From an uncultured Thermoleophilia bacterium (lineage in GTDB: Bacteria; Actinomycetota; Thermoleophilia; UBA2241), in NCBI GenBank assembly GCA_963715985.1, contig CAVQSP010000003.1:32001-96000 (forward strand): 64,000 nucleotides of DNA, in the 5' to 3' direction. Each line of letters starts with the position of its first letter. Within the stretch, counting starts at the first letter, position 1. The notes below the pieces were generated by a model. That model worked only from the letters and a program-made list of their open reading frames with translations. It was not told the origin of the DNA and searched no databases. A program made the position numbers and the translations under genes. Of the stretch, positions 22,554-32,560 are shown one piece after another.

Positions 22554-24458
22554 ATGAGTGAAGCATACGAAGCGGCCTACCAGGCGTCCATCCTGCGGCC
22601 GGAGAGCTTCTGGGCCGAGGCCGCCGAGGGCATCGAGTGGACGCGGCGCTGGGACGCGGTCCTCGACCGCAGCGCCGCTCCCGCCCCGCGCTGGTTCGCC
22701 GGCGGCAGCCTCAACACCTGCTACAACGCCATCGACCGTCACGTCCTCGCCGGCAGGGGGGAGGCCGCCGCGGTCATCTACGACAGCCCGGTGACGGGCG
22801 CGAACGCGCGCCTCACCTACGCCGAGCTCCTCGAGGAGGTCTCGCGCTTCGCCGGCGGCCTGCGCGATCTTGGCGTGGAGCGCGGCGACCGTGTCGTCAT
22901 CTACATGCCGATGATCCCGCAGACGCTCGTCGCCATGCTCGCCTGCGCGCGCCTCGGCGCGGTGCACTCCGTGGTCTTCGGCGGTTTCGCCGCGCAGGAG
23001 CTCGCGACCCGCGTCGACGACGCCGAGCCCAAGGTCATCGTGTGGGCCTCGTGTGGGATCGAGGGCAGCCGGGTCATCCCCTACAAGCCGCTGCTCGACC
23101 GCGCCATTGAGCTGGCGCAGCGGCCGCCGGCGGCTACGGTCGTCTTCCAGCGCGAGCAGCAGCTCGCGCCGCTCGTCGACGGCAGGGACCACGACTGGGG
23201 CGAACTGAGGCGGGCCGCGCCGGCCGCCTGCGTCTCCGTCGCGGCCACGGACCCCCTCTACATCCTCTATACGTCGGGGACGACCGGCAAACCGAAGGGC
23301 GTGGTCCGGGACCACGGCGGCCACGCCGTCGCCCTGCTCTGGTCGATGAGGAACCTCTACGACGTCGGCCCCGGCGAGGTCTTTTGGGCCGCCTCCGACA
23401 TGGGTTGGGTGGTCGGCCACTCCTACATCGTCTACGCGCCGCTGCTGGCCGGCGCCACCACCGTCGTCTACGAAGGCAAGCCGGTGGGCACGCCGGACGC
23501 CGGCGCCTTCTGGCGCGTCATCGCCGAGCACCGCGTCAAGGCGCTCTTCACGGCCCCGACCGCGATCCGCGCGATCCGCCGCGAGGACCCGCAGGGCGAG
23601 CTCGTGAAGAGCTACGACACGAGCTCCCTGGAGGCGCTCTACCTGGCCGGGGAGCGTCTCGACCCCGACACCTACCACTGGGCCGGCGAGGTCCTCGGCG
23701 TGCCGGTGGTCGACCACTGGTGGCAGACCGAGACCGGCTGGGCGATCTGCGCCAACTGCCGGGGCCTCGAGGAGCTGCCCATGAAGGCGGGCTCGCCGAC
23801 AAGGCCGGTGCCGGGCTTCGACCTCGTGGTGCTGGATGCGTCCGGCGAGCCGCTGGAGCCGCCGGCGGAAGGCACCCTGGCCTTGCGCCTGCCCTTGCCC
23901 CCCGGCGCGCTGCCGACGCTGTGGCACAACGACGAGGGCTTCGTGACCACCTATCTGGCGCCGTTCCCCGGCTACTACTTCACCGGCGACAGCGGCAGCA
24001 TCGACGCGGACGGCTACGTCTTCGTCATGGGTCGCGTCGACGACATCATCAACGTCGCCGGTCACCGGCTTTCGACGGGGCGCATGGAGGAGGTCCTCGC
24101 CGCCCATCCTGACGTCGCCGAGTGCGCCGTGGTCGGTGCTGCCGACGACCTCAAGGGTCAGATCCCGCTGGGGCTCGTGGTGCTCAAGGAGGGAGCCGCC
24201 CGCGAGCCCGAGGATGTCACCGCCGAGCTCGTGCGTATGGTGCGCGAGCAGGTCGGGCCGGTGGCTGCCTTCAAGCGCGCGCTGGTCGTCCAGCGTCTGC
24301 CCAAGACGCGCTCCGGCAAGATCCTGCGCAGCGCCATCCGCAAGCTCGCCGACGGCGTCGAGTTCGCGACGCCGGCGACCATCGAGGACGCCTCCGTCAT
24401 CGAGGACCTGCGGATCGCCTTGGGTCATGACCAGCGCACGCAATCGCCGACCGGCTGA
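22554..24458 (+). CDS. prpE: propionate--CoA ligase / acyl-CoA synthetase
   Basis: WFAGGSLNTCYNAIDRH, YILYTSGTTGKPKG, DHWWQTETG, LPKTRSGKILR. Confidence 0.85.
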   Translation: MSEAYEAAYQASILRPESFWAEAAEGIEWTRRWDAVLDRSAAPAPRWFAGGSLNTCYNAIDRHVLAGRGEAAAVIYDSPVTGANARLTYAELLEEVSRFAGGLRDLGVERGDRVVIYMPMIPQTLVAMLACARLGAVHSVVFGGFAAQELATRVDDAEPKVIVWASCGIEGSRVIPYKPLLDRAIELAQRPPAATVVFQREQQLAPLVDGRDHDWGELRRAAPAACVSVAATDPLYILYTSGTTGKPKGVVRDHGGHAVALLWSMRNLYDVGPGEVFWAASDMGWVVGHSYIVYAPLLAGATTVVYEGKPVGTPDAGAFWRVIAEHRVKALFTAPTAIRAIRREDPQGELVKSYDTSSLEALYLAGERLDPDTYHWAGEVLGVPVVDHWWQTETGWAICANCRGLEELPMKAGSPTRPVPGFDLVVLDASGEPLEPPAEGTLALRLPLPPGALPTLWHNDEGFVTTYLAPFPGYYFTGDSGSIDADGYVFVMGRVDDIINVAGHRLSTGRMEEVLAAHPDVAECAVVGAADDLKGQIPLGLVVLKEGAAREPEDVTAELVRMVREQVGPVAAFKRALVVQRLPKTRSGKILRSAIRKLADGVEFATPATIEDASVIEDLRIALGHDQRTQSPTG

Positions 24459-24508
24459 CAGGCACGAGCCCGGCCCCCTCACGGGCCCCCGAGGAAGGTA
24501 GGACAGCA

Positions 24509-25981
24509 GTGAAACGCAATCTCCATGCCGGCCGCCGCCGCAGCGGCGGCCTGCGCCTCGACGTCTTCACCGACGACGAGCTCTCCGACATCCATCTGGC
24601 GACGCTGGACGTGCTCGAGCGCACCGGGGTCGGCGTCGAGAGCGAGGAGGCGCAGGAGATCTTCGCCGGGGCCGGCGCCCGCGTGCAGAGCGACGGGATC
24701 GTCAAGATCCCCGGCCACGTCGTCGAGGAGGCGATCGCCAGCACTCCGTCGCGGCTCGTCTGCTACGGGCGCGACCCCAAGCACGACATCGTGCTCGAGG
24801 ACGGGCGCGTCGGCTTCACCAACTTCGGCGAGGGCATCCAGGTCATCGATCCCTACACCGGCGAGCTGCGCCAGACCGGCAAGCAGGACGTCGCCGACTG
24901 CTCGCGGATCATCGACGCACTGCCCGAGATCGACGTCATCGAGCGGCCGCTGGGGGCGCACGACGTGCCGGAGGCCACCGGTCCGCTTCACAACGCCGAC
25001 GCCATCATGACCAACTGCTCGAAGCACGCCTTCATCGGCCCCCTGACCGGCTACCTCGCGAGCCGCATGCGCGAGATGGCAGCCGCCATCGCCGGCGGCG
25101 CCGAGAAGCTGCGCGAGCGGCCGATCCTCTCGTACGTGATCTGTCCGGTGGCGCCGCTCGGGATGATCCGCGACGTCTGCGACATCATCATCGACGGCGC
25201 CCGCAACCACGTGCCTATCACGCCGGTCTCGATCGTCATGGCCGGCGGCTCCTCGCCCATGAACCTGGCGGGCGCCGTGGTCACGACCAACGCCGAGATC
25301 CTGGGCTGCCTGACGCTGGCCCAGCTGACCCGCAAGGGGACGCCGGTCGTGTACGGAAGCTCATCGTCCTCGATGGACCTCCGCTACGCCTCCGCCTCCG
25401 TGGGCAGCCCCGAGTGCGGCCTCATCAACGCCGCCATCGCCTGTATGGCGCGCGCCTACCTCCTGCCCAGCTGGGTCGCGGGGCAGTAGGGCGACTCCAA
25501 AGTGGTGGATGCCCAGTCCGGCCACGAGAAGACCCTCACCGGTCTGCTGACGGCGTTGGCAGGTGCCAACCTCATCTACGGTGCGGGGATGCTCGAGAGC
25601 GGCATGACCATCGATTACGGCCAGCTCGTCATGGACGCCGAGTTCGCGCGTCTCATCAAGTACACGGTCGCCGGCGTGCCGGTCAGCGACGAGACGCTCT
25701 CGCTCGACGTGATCAACGACGTCGGCCCCTTCCACGACTTCCTCAGCCACGCCGACACCCTGCGCCACATGCGCACCCAGAGCCAGCCCACGCTCATCGA
25801 CCGCCGCGTCCGCGAGGAGTGGAGCGCCGACGGTTCGACGACCATCCACGAGCGTGCCACGGCCCGCGCCCGCGAGATCCTCGAGACCCACGTGCCCACG
25901 CCGCTGCCCGAGGGCGCCGCCGCCGAGATGGCCGCCATCATCGCCGACGCAGAGCGGCACCTGGGGGTGACGAAAGCATGA
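24509..25981 (+). CDS. mttB: trimethylamine:corrinoid methyltransferase family, pyrrolysine-containing copy 2 (TAG 25487-25489)
   Basis: 490 aa when TAG codon 327 is read through; VAGQ-O-GDSKVVDAQSGHEKT; GANLIYGAGMLESG. Confidence 0.92.
25376..25972 (+). repeat. ~600-bp direct repeat, apparently identical to 30409..31005 (3' parts of mttB copies 2 and 3)
   Basis: identical by eye; alternative-frame translations in the ORF track also match. Confidence 0.88.
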
Positions 25982-27370
25982 ACGACATGACGCACATCGA
26001 GCCCGACCCTGCTCGGGAGCAGCGCATCCGCGACCTCGACCGCGAGTACGTCCTGCACTCCTGGTCCGTGCAGTCGCAGATCAGGCCGCTGCCTGTGGCC
26101 GGCGCCGACGGGCGCTACTTCTGGGACTACGAGGGCAAGCGCTATCTCGACTTCTCGTCTCAGCTCGTCAACGTCAACATCGGGCATCAGCACGCCAAGG
26201 TGGTCGAGGCGATCGTGGAGCAGGCGCGCACGCTCTGCACGATCGCGCCCTCCGTGGCGAACGAGAAGCGCTCGGAGCTCGCCCGGCTGCTGGCCGAAGT
26301 CACGCCGGGCAACCTCAAAGCGTCCTTCTTCACCAACGGCGGCGCGGAGGCCAACGAGAACGCCATCAAGCTCGCCCGCTGGTACACGGGCAGGCAGAAG
26401 ATCATCGCCCGCTACCGCTCGTACCACGGGGCCACGGCCGGCGCCATCGCGCTGACCGGCGACCCCCGTCGCTGGCCCGCCGAGCCGAGCATCCCGGGCG
26501 TGGTGCGCATGTTCGACCCCTACACCTACCGCTGCTCGGCCGGGCGACGGGGCGAGACCGTGGCCGAGCACGTGGCCGCCTGCCCCGTGTGCGCGGGCGG
26601 CCCTCACCTGGAGGAGATCCTCCAGTACGAGGGGCCGCACACGGTGGCCGCGGTGATCCTCGAAACGGTCACCGGCACCAACGGCATCATCGTCCCGCCG
26701 GACGGTTACCTGCAGTCGATGCGCGAGGTGTGCGACCGCCACGGCGTCCTGCTCATCCTCGACGAGGTCATGGCCGGCTTCGGGCGCACCGGCACGCTGG
26801 TTCGCCTGCGACCACTGGGACGTCATGCCCGACATCATGACGGTAGCCAAGGGCATCAACTCAGGCTACGTACCGCTCGGGGCGATGGTCGTCAGCGAGC
26901 CCATCGCCGAGTGGCTGCAGGACAAGTACCTCGCCGGCGGTCTCACGTACAGCGGGCACCCGCTGGCCTGTGCCTCGGCCGTGGCCTCCATCGAGGCGTT
27001 TCGTGAGGAGGGCATCGTCGAGAACGCCGCGGCGATGGGCGACGTCCTGGCGGTCGAGACGGCGGCGCTGGCCGCCCGGCATCCGTCGGTCGGTGAAGTG
27101 CGCGGCCTGGGCCTCTTCTGGGGTCTCGAGCTGGTGCGCGACCGGGAGACGCGCGAGCCCCTGGTGCCCTTCAACGCTGCCGGCGACGCAGCCGCGCCGA
27201 TGGCGCGCCTGGGGAAGGCGGCCATGGAGCGTGGCCTCCTCCTGATGACTCACTTCAACGTCCTCGTGATCTGCCCGCCTCTCACCATCACGCGCGAAGA
27301 GCTCGCGGAGGGTCTGGCCGTGATAGACGAGGTTCTCACGCTCTCCGACCTGGAGTGCGCCCAGCCATGA
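25978..27370 (+). CDS. class III PLP aminotransferase (omega-amine / beta-alanine type; frameshift near 26794)
   Basis: YLDFSSQLVNVNIGH, FTNGGAEANE, SYHG, LILDEVMAGFGRTG, TVAKGINSGYVPLG, LTYSGHPLAC. Confidence 0.88.
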
Positions 27371-27434
27371 CCGCCCACTCCGCGCGACGAGGGATCAGCA
27401 CAGCACGGGCCCTGGCCCCGACGAAAGGATCGAC

Positions 27435-28934
27435 ATGAGCGTCGCACCCCCTGTGACTTTCAACCTCCTGGAGCCGCCGAAGCAGCACTACGGCGTGCTG
27501 CGCAACTTCATCGGTGGCAAGTGGGTGGACGTCGAGACCGACCGCGTCGTCGACGTGGACGACCCCGCAAGCGGCAAGGTCATCGCCCAGGTCCCCATCA
27601 GCACCACAGACCAGGTCAACGACGCCATCCAGGCAGCCCAGGACGGCTACCAGACCTGGCGCCGGACGCCCCCGGGGGACCGCGGCCGCTTCATGTTCGA
27701 GATCCGTGCGGCGATGCAGCGGCACGCGGAGGAGCTGTCCCGCCTGGTCACTCAAGAGAACGGCAAGGTCATCGCCGAGGGCCGCGGCGAGGCTATGCGG
27801 ACGATCGAAGCGGTCGAGACCGCCGCCGCCATCACGAGCCTCATGGGCGGCTATCAGCTCGAGGACGGCGCCGCCCGCAACATCGACGAGATGGTCGTGC
27901 GCCAGCCGCTCGGCGTCTGCGCCTGCATCACGCCGTTCAACTTCCCGATCATGATGACCGGCTTCTGGTGGCCTTACGCCATAGCCGCCGGCAACACCTT
28001 CGTGGTGAATCAGTCGAAACAAACGCCTATCACCATCACGCGCGTCTTCGAGATCATCGAGGAAGTGGGCCTTCCCGCCGGCGTCATGAACCTCGTGCAG
28101 GGCGACCGCACCGCCTCCGCGGCCTTCATGGACTCTCCGCAGATCAAGGCGGTCGGCTTCATCGGTTCGACCCCGGTCGCCAAGGAGATCTACCGCCGGG
28201 CCGGCGAGACCGGCAAGCGCTGCGTGGCCAACGGCGGCGCCAAGAACTTCGCCGTGTTCATGCCGGACGCCGACGTCGACCGCAACATGGGCAACCTGAT
28301 CACGAGCTTCTTCGGCTGCACGGGTCAGCGCTGCCTGGCCACCGCGGTGGTGCTGGCGGTCGGCGACGTCTACGACGAGCTCGTCGAGAAGTTCGTGGCC
28401 GCGACGCGGGCACTCAAGGTCGGCCCCGGGCTCGACGAGAGCGTCCACATCGGCCCCGTCATCTCGGCAGCGGCAAACGCCCGCATCCGCGACTACATCC
28501 AGAGCGGCATCGATCAAGGCGCCGAGCTTCTGGTGGACGGGCGCGACGTCGAAGTTCCGGGCTATGAGGGCGGCCACTATGTCGGGCCCACCATCTTCGA
28601 CAACTGCACCCCGGACATGACGATCTGTCAGGACGAGATATTCGGCCCCGTGGCGGCGATCGTGCGCGTCAAGGACCTCGACGAGGCGCTCGCCATCACC
28701 AACGCCTCCCCTTACGGCAATCAGGCCGTGATCTACACGAGCAACGGGGGCCATGCGCGCCGCTTCTGGTACGAGGTCGAGGCCGGAAACATCGGCGTGA
28801 ACATCGGCGTGGCCGCTCCGGTGGCGTATTACCCGTTCGCCGGCATGAAGGACTCACACTACGGCAACGGCTACGCGATGCGCGATTCGTTCGACCTGTT
28901 CACCGAGAAGAAAGTCGTCATCACCCGCTGGTAG
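27435..28934 (+). CDS. mmsA: CoA-acylating (methyl)malonate-semialdehyde dehydrogenase
   Basis: ITPFNFP, GGAKN, GQRCLA, EIFGPV, GVNIGVAAPVAYYPF, family C-terminus KVVITRW; ends in TAG. Confidence 0.85.
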   Translation: MSVAPPVTFNLLEPPKQHYGVLRNFIGGKWVDVETDRVVDVDDPASGKVIAQVPISTTDQVNDAIQAAQDGYQTWRRTPPGDRGRFMFEIRAAMQRHAEELSRLVTQENGKVIAEGRGEAMRTIEAVETAAAITSLMGGYQLEDGAARNIDEMVVRQPLGVCACITPFNFPIMMTGFWWPYAIAAGNTFVVNQSKQTPITITRVFEIIEEVGLPAGVMNLVQGDRTASAAFMDSPQIKAVGFIGSTPVAKEIYRRAGETGKRCVANGGAKNFAVFMPDADVDRNMGNLITSFFGCTGQRCLATAVVLAVGDVYDELVEKFVAATRALKVGPGLDESVHIGPVISAAANARIRDYIQSGIDQGAELLVDGRDVEVPGYEGGHYVGPTIFDNCTPDMTICQDEIFGPVAAIVRVKDLDEALAITNASPYGNQAVIYTSNGGHARRFWYEVEAGNIGVNIGVAAPVAYYPFAGMKDSHYGNGYAMRDSFDLFTEKKVVITRW

Positions 28935-28991
28935 GACTGGGCGCCGTTCGCCGGCGCCCGATCTCCGCGAGCGCGAGCTGGAGGAGTTTGG

Positions 28992-29348
28992 ATGGACAAG
29001 GACGCGATCCTCATCAAGAGCGGCGACGTCGCCCCCATCGTGCCGCCGAAGCACAGGAACACGGACACCTGGGTCATGGTGCGTCCGGCCACGACGGGCA
29101 ACACGCAGTGCGAGTTCTTCGTCACGGAGATGCGGCAGGGCGGCGGCGCCGACTGGGACACCCACCCGGGCTGCGAGCACATCTACTTCGTGATGGCCGG
29201 CCGCGCCAAGATGTGGGTGGAGGAAGAAGAGTTCGATCTGGAGCCCGGTGACTGTCTCCTGATGCGCGAGGGCGTCCGCCACAAGGTCGATGTGGTCGGC
29301 AGCGAGACCTTTCGCATCGGGGTGGTCTTCGCGCCGGGGCGCGTGTGA
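28992..29348 (+). CDS. cupin domain protein
   Basis: THPGCEHIYFVMAG and LEPGDCLLMREGVRH cupin motifs; GGAGG RBS. Confidence 0.82.
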   Translation: MDKDAILIKSGDVAPIVPPKHRNTDTWVMVRPATTGNTQCEFFVTEMRQGGGADWDTHPGCEHIYFVMAGRAKMWVEEEEFDLEPGDCLLMREGVRHKVDVVGSETFRIGVVFAPGRV

Positions 29349-29541
29349 AGAGCTGCCGACAGACGCGATGCGCGCGCCGGGCGCTGAGCAAGGGAGCGGG
29401 CGGGACCGCTTGCGAACCGGACGTAACGGTGGTGAGCTTGAGCGAAGCGCGGCAAGGTCCACCGCCGCGGTCGGGCGCTTCAAGCAGCTCACGGGTATGG
29501 CCACCGTCGTCTGACGGGGCTCCGAGGAAGCGAGGACAGCA

Positions 29542-31014
29542 GTGAAACGCAATCTCCATGCCGGCCGCCGCCGCAGCGGCGGCCTGCGCCTCGACGTGTT
29601 CACCGACGACGAGCTCTCCGACATCCATCTCGGCACCCTCGACGTGCTCGAGCGCACCGGGGTCTACGTCGAGAGCGAGGAGGCCCAGGAGATCTTCGCC
29701 GGGGCCGGCGCCCGCGTCGGCGCGGACGGGGTCGTGAGGATCCCCGGCCACGTCGTCGAGGAGGCGATCGCCAGCACGCCCTCGCGGCTCGTCTGCTACG
29801 GCCGCGACCCCAAGCACGACGTCGTGCTCGAGGACGGGCGCGTGGGCTTCACCAACTTCGGCGAGGGCATCAACGTCGTCGACCCCTACACCGGCGAGCT
29901 GCGCCAGACCGTGAAGCAGGACGTCGCCGACTGCTCGCGGATCATCGACGCACTGCCCGAGATCGACGTCATCGAGCGGCCTCTGGGGGCGCACGACGTG
30001 CCCCAGGAGACGCAGCCTCTGCACAACGCCGAGGCGATCCTCACAAGCTGCTCGAAGCACGCCTTCATCGGCCCCATGACCGGCTACCTCGCGAGCCGCA
30101 TGCGCGAGATGGCGGCCGCCATCGCCGGCGGCGCCGAGAAGCTGCGCGAGCGGCCGATCCTCTCGTACATCACGTGTCCCATCAGCCCCCTCAAGATGGT
30201 GCAGGACGTCTGCGACATCGTCATGGAGGGCGCCCGCTCCGGCGTTCCCGTCAACGTCGTGTCCATGGCCATGGCCGGGGCGTCGTCCCCGGTGAACCTG
30301 GCCGGGACGTGCGTGTCACACAACGCCGAAGTGCTCTCCTGCCTCACGCTCGCCCAGCTCACGCAGAAGGGCGCGCCCATGGTCTACGGCAGTTCGACCA
30401 CGGGCATCGACCTCCGCTACGCCTCCGCCTCCGTGGGCAGCCCCGAGTGCGGCCTCATCAACGCCGCCATCGCCTGTATGGCGCGCGCCTACCTCCTGCC
30501 CAGCTGGGTCGCGGGGCAGTAGGGCGACTCCAAAGTGGTGGATGCCCAGTCCGGCCACGAGAAGACCCTCACCGGTCTGCTGACGGCGTTGGCAGGTGCC
30601 AACCTCATCTACGGTGCGGGGATGCTCGAGAGCGGCATGACCATCGATTACGGCCAGCTCGTCATGGACGCCGAGTTCGCGCGTCTCATCAAGTACACGG
30701 TCGCCGGCGTGCCGGTCAGCGACGAGACGCTCTCGCTCGACGTGATCAACGACGTCGGCCCCTTCCACGACTTCCTCAGCCACGCCGACACCCTGCGCCA
30801 CATGCGCACCCAGAGCCAGCCCACGCTCATCGACCGCCGCGTCCGCGAGGAGTGGAGCGCCGACGGTTCGACGACCATCCACGAGCGTGCCACGGCCCGC
30901 GCCCGCGAGATCCTCGAGACCCACGTGCCCACGCCGCTGCCCGAGGGCGCCGCCGCCGAGATGGCCGCCATCATCGCCGACGCAGAGCGGCACCTGGGGG
31001 TGACGGGGACATGA
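29542..31014 (+). CDS. mttB: trimethylamine:corrinoid methyltransferase family, pyrrolysine-containing copy 3 (TAG 30520-30522)
   Basis: 490 aa with read-through of TAG codon 327; same motif as copy 2. Confidence 0.92.
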
Positions 31015-31039
31015 CAGGGCGCCGCGGGAGGCAGGAGAC

Positions 31040-32506
31040 GTGAGGCGCAACGCCGCCACGGAGCGCCGGCCTCTCGTCGGCGTGAGCATGCAGGTGCTGA
31101 GCCAGGACGGCATCGACGACATCCACCTCGCGACGCTCGAGGTCCTGGCGCAGGCAGGAGTGTTCGTCGAATCCGACGATGCCCTGGATGTGCTGGCCGA
31201 CGGCGGCTGCCGGGTGGACAAGGCGACGAAGATGGTGCGCATACCGCCCCACGTCGTCGAGGACGCGGTTCGCTCGGCGCCCCCGACGCTCGTCCTGCAC
31301 GGACGAGACCGCGCACGCGACGTGGTCGTCGAGCGGGGGCGGGGTGTCTTCACGAGCTTCGGCGAGGGCATCTTCGTCATCGACCCCTTCACCGGCGAGC
31401 GCCGCGAGCCGCGCAAGGATGATGTCGCGGCCTCCGCCGCCGCGGTCGATGCCCTCGATGAGCTCGGCATCTGCAACCGTGCGCTCGGCGCCCACGACGT
31501 CCCCCAGGCGGTCGCCGCCCTGCATACGGCCGACGCGATCCTGCGCAACACGACCAAGCACGTCTTTCTCGGCCCGCAGCGCGGCTTCCTCGCGGAGAGT
31601 ATCGTGGGTCTGCAGGCGGTCATCCTGGGGTCCGCGGACGCCGTCCGCGAGCGTCCCCTGGTCACCTTCACCGCGTGCCCCGTGAGCCCACTCAAGCTGG
31701 CCCGTGACTGCTGCGAGGTCATCCTGGTGGCCGCTCGCAGCGGTGTCGGCGTCAACGTGGCCTCCATGGCCATGGCCGGCGGCTCATCGCCGATCACACT
31801 CGCCGGCACGCTGGTGACGCACAATGCCGAGGTGCTGGCCGGCATCACGCTCGCCCAGCTCGCCGAGCGGGGCGCGCCGGTGATCTACGGCAGCGTGAGC
31901 ACCGGCATGGACCTGCGCCTGGCGTCGGCGAGCGTCGGCTCACCCGAGCTCGCCCTCATCACCGCCGCGGTGGCGCAGCTGGCCCAGCACTACCGCCTGC
32001 CGAGCTTCGTCGCCGGCGGCCTCGGCGACAGCAAGCTCCCCGATGCGCAGTCCGGGCACGAGAAGACGCTGACCGCCACATTCGCGGCGCTGGCAGGCGC
32101 GAACGTGATCGCCGGCGCCGGCATCATGGAGTCGGGGCTCACCTTCGACTTCGGCCAGCTGGTCATGGACGCCGAGTTCGTCGGCATGATCGGGCACTGC
32201 GCGGCCGGCATCCGCGTCGACGACGAGACGCTGGCCGTCGACGACATCTGCGCCGTCGGCTCGTTCGGCGACTACCTCAGTCTCGAGGCGACGATGCACC
32301 ACATGCGCGAGCAGAGCCAGCCGCGTCACATCGACCGCCGCGTGCGGGAGGACTGGCTGGCGCTGGGCGGCACCGACCTCCATCAGCGTGCCCTGGCCGA
32401 AGCGCGGCGCATCCTCCGAGAGTACCGGCCGGAGCCGCTCCCCGACGACATACAGGCGCAGATGACGAGCCTGGTGACGGAGACGGAGACCCGCCGTGGG
32501 CTGTGA
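31040..32506 (+). CDS. MttB-family methyltransferase copy 4, pyrrolysine-free (Leu at Pyl site)
   Basis: uninterrupted 488 aa; VAGG-L-GDSKLPDAQSGHEKT aligns with the TAG site of copies 1-3. Confidence 0.9.
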   Translation: MRRNAATERRPLVGVSMQVLSQDGIDDIHLATLEVLAQAGVFVESDDALDVLADGGCRVDKATKMVRIPPHVVEDAVRSAPPTLVLHGRDRARDVVVERGRGVFTSFGEGIFVIDPFTGERREPRKDDVAASAAAVDALDELGICNRALGAHDVPQAVAALHTADAILRNTTKHVFLGPQRGFLAESIVGLQAVILGSADAVRERPLVTFTACPVSPLKLARDCCEVILVAARSGVGVNVASMAMAGGSSPITLAGTLVTHNAEVLAGITLAQLAERGAPVIYGSVSTGMDLRLASASVGSPELALITAAVAQLAQHYRLPSFVAGGLGDSKLPDAQSGHEKTLTATFAALAGANVIAGAGIMESGLTFDFGQLVMDAEFVGMIGHCAAGIRVDDETLAVDDICAVGSFGDYLSLEATMHHMREQSQPRHIDRRVREDWLALGGTDLHQRALAEARRILREYRPEPLPDDIQAQMTSLVTETETRRGL

Positions 32507-32560
32507 CCGGCAGGTCTGCCGGCAGGCCTTCCCAGCGCACGACAGAAAGCGAGCGCGATC

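Noticed and set aside
24509-25489. mttB copies as nonsense pseudogenes
   Set aside because: The same codon is TAG in three diverged paralogues at the known Pyl site, and the downstream sequence is conserved.
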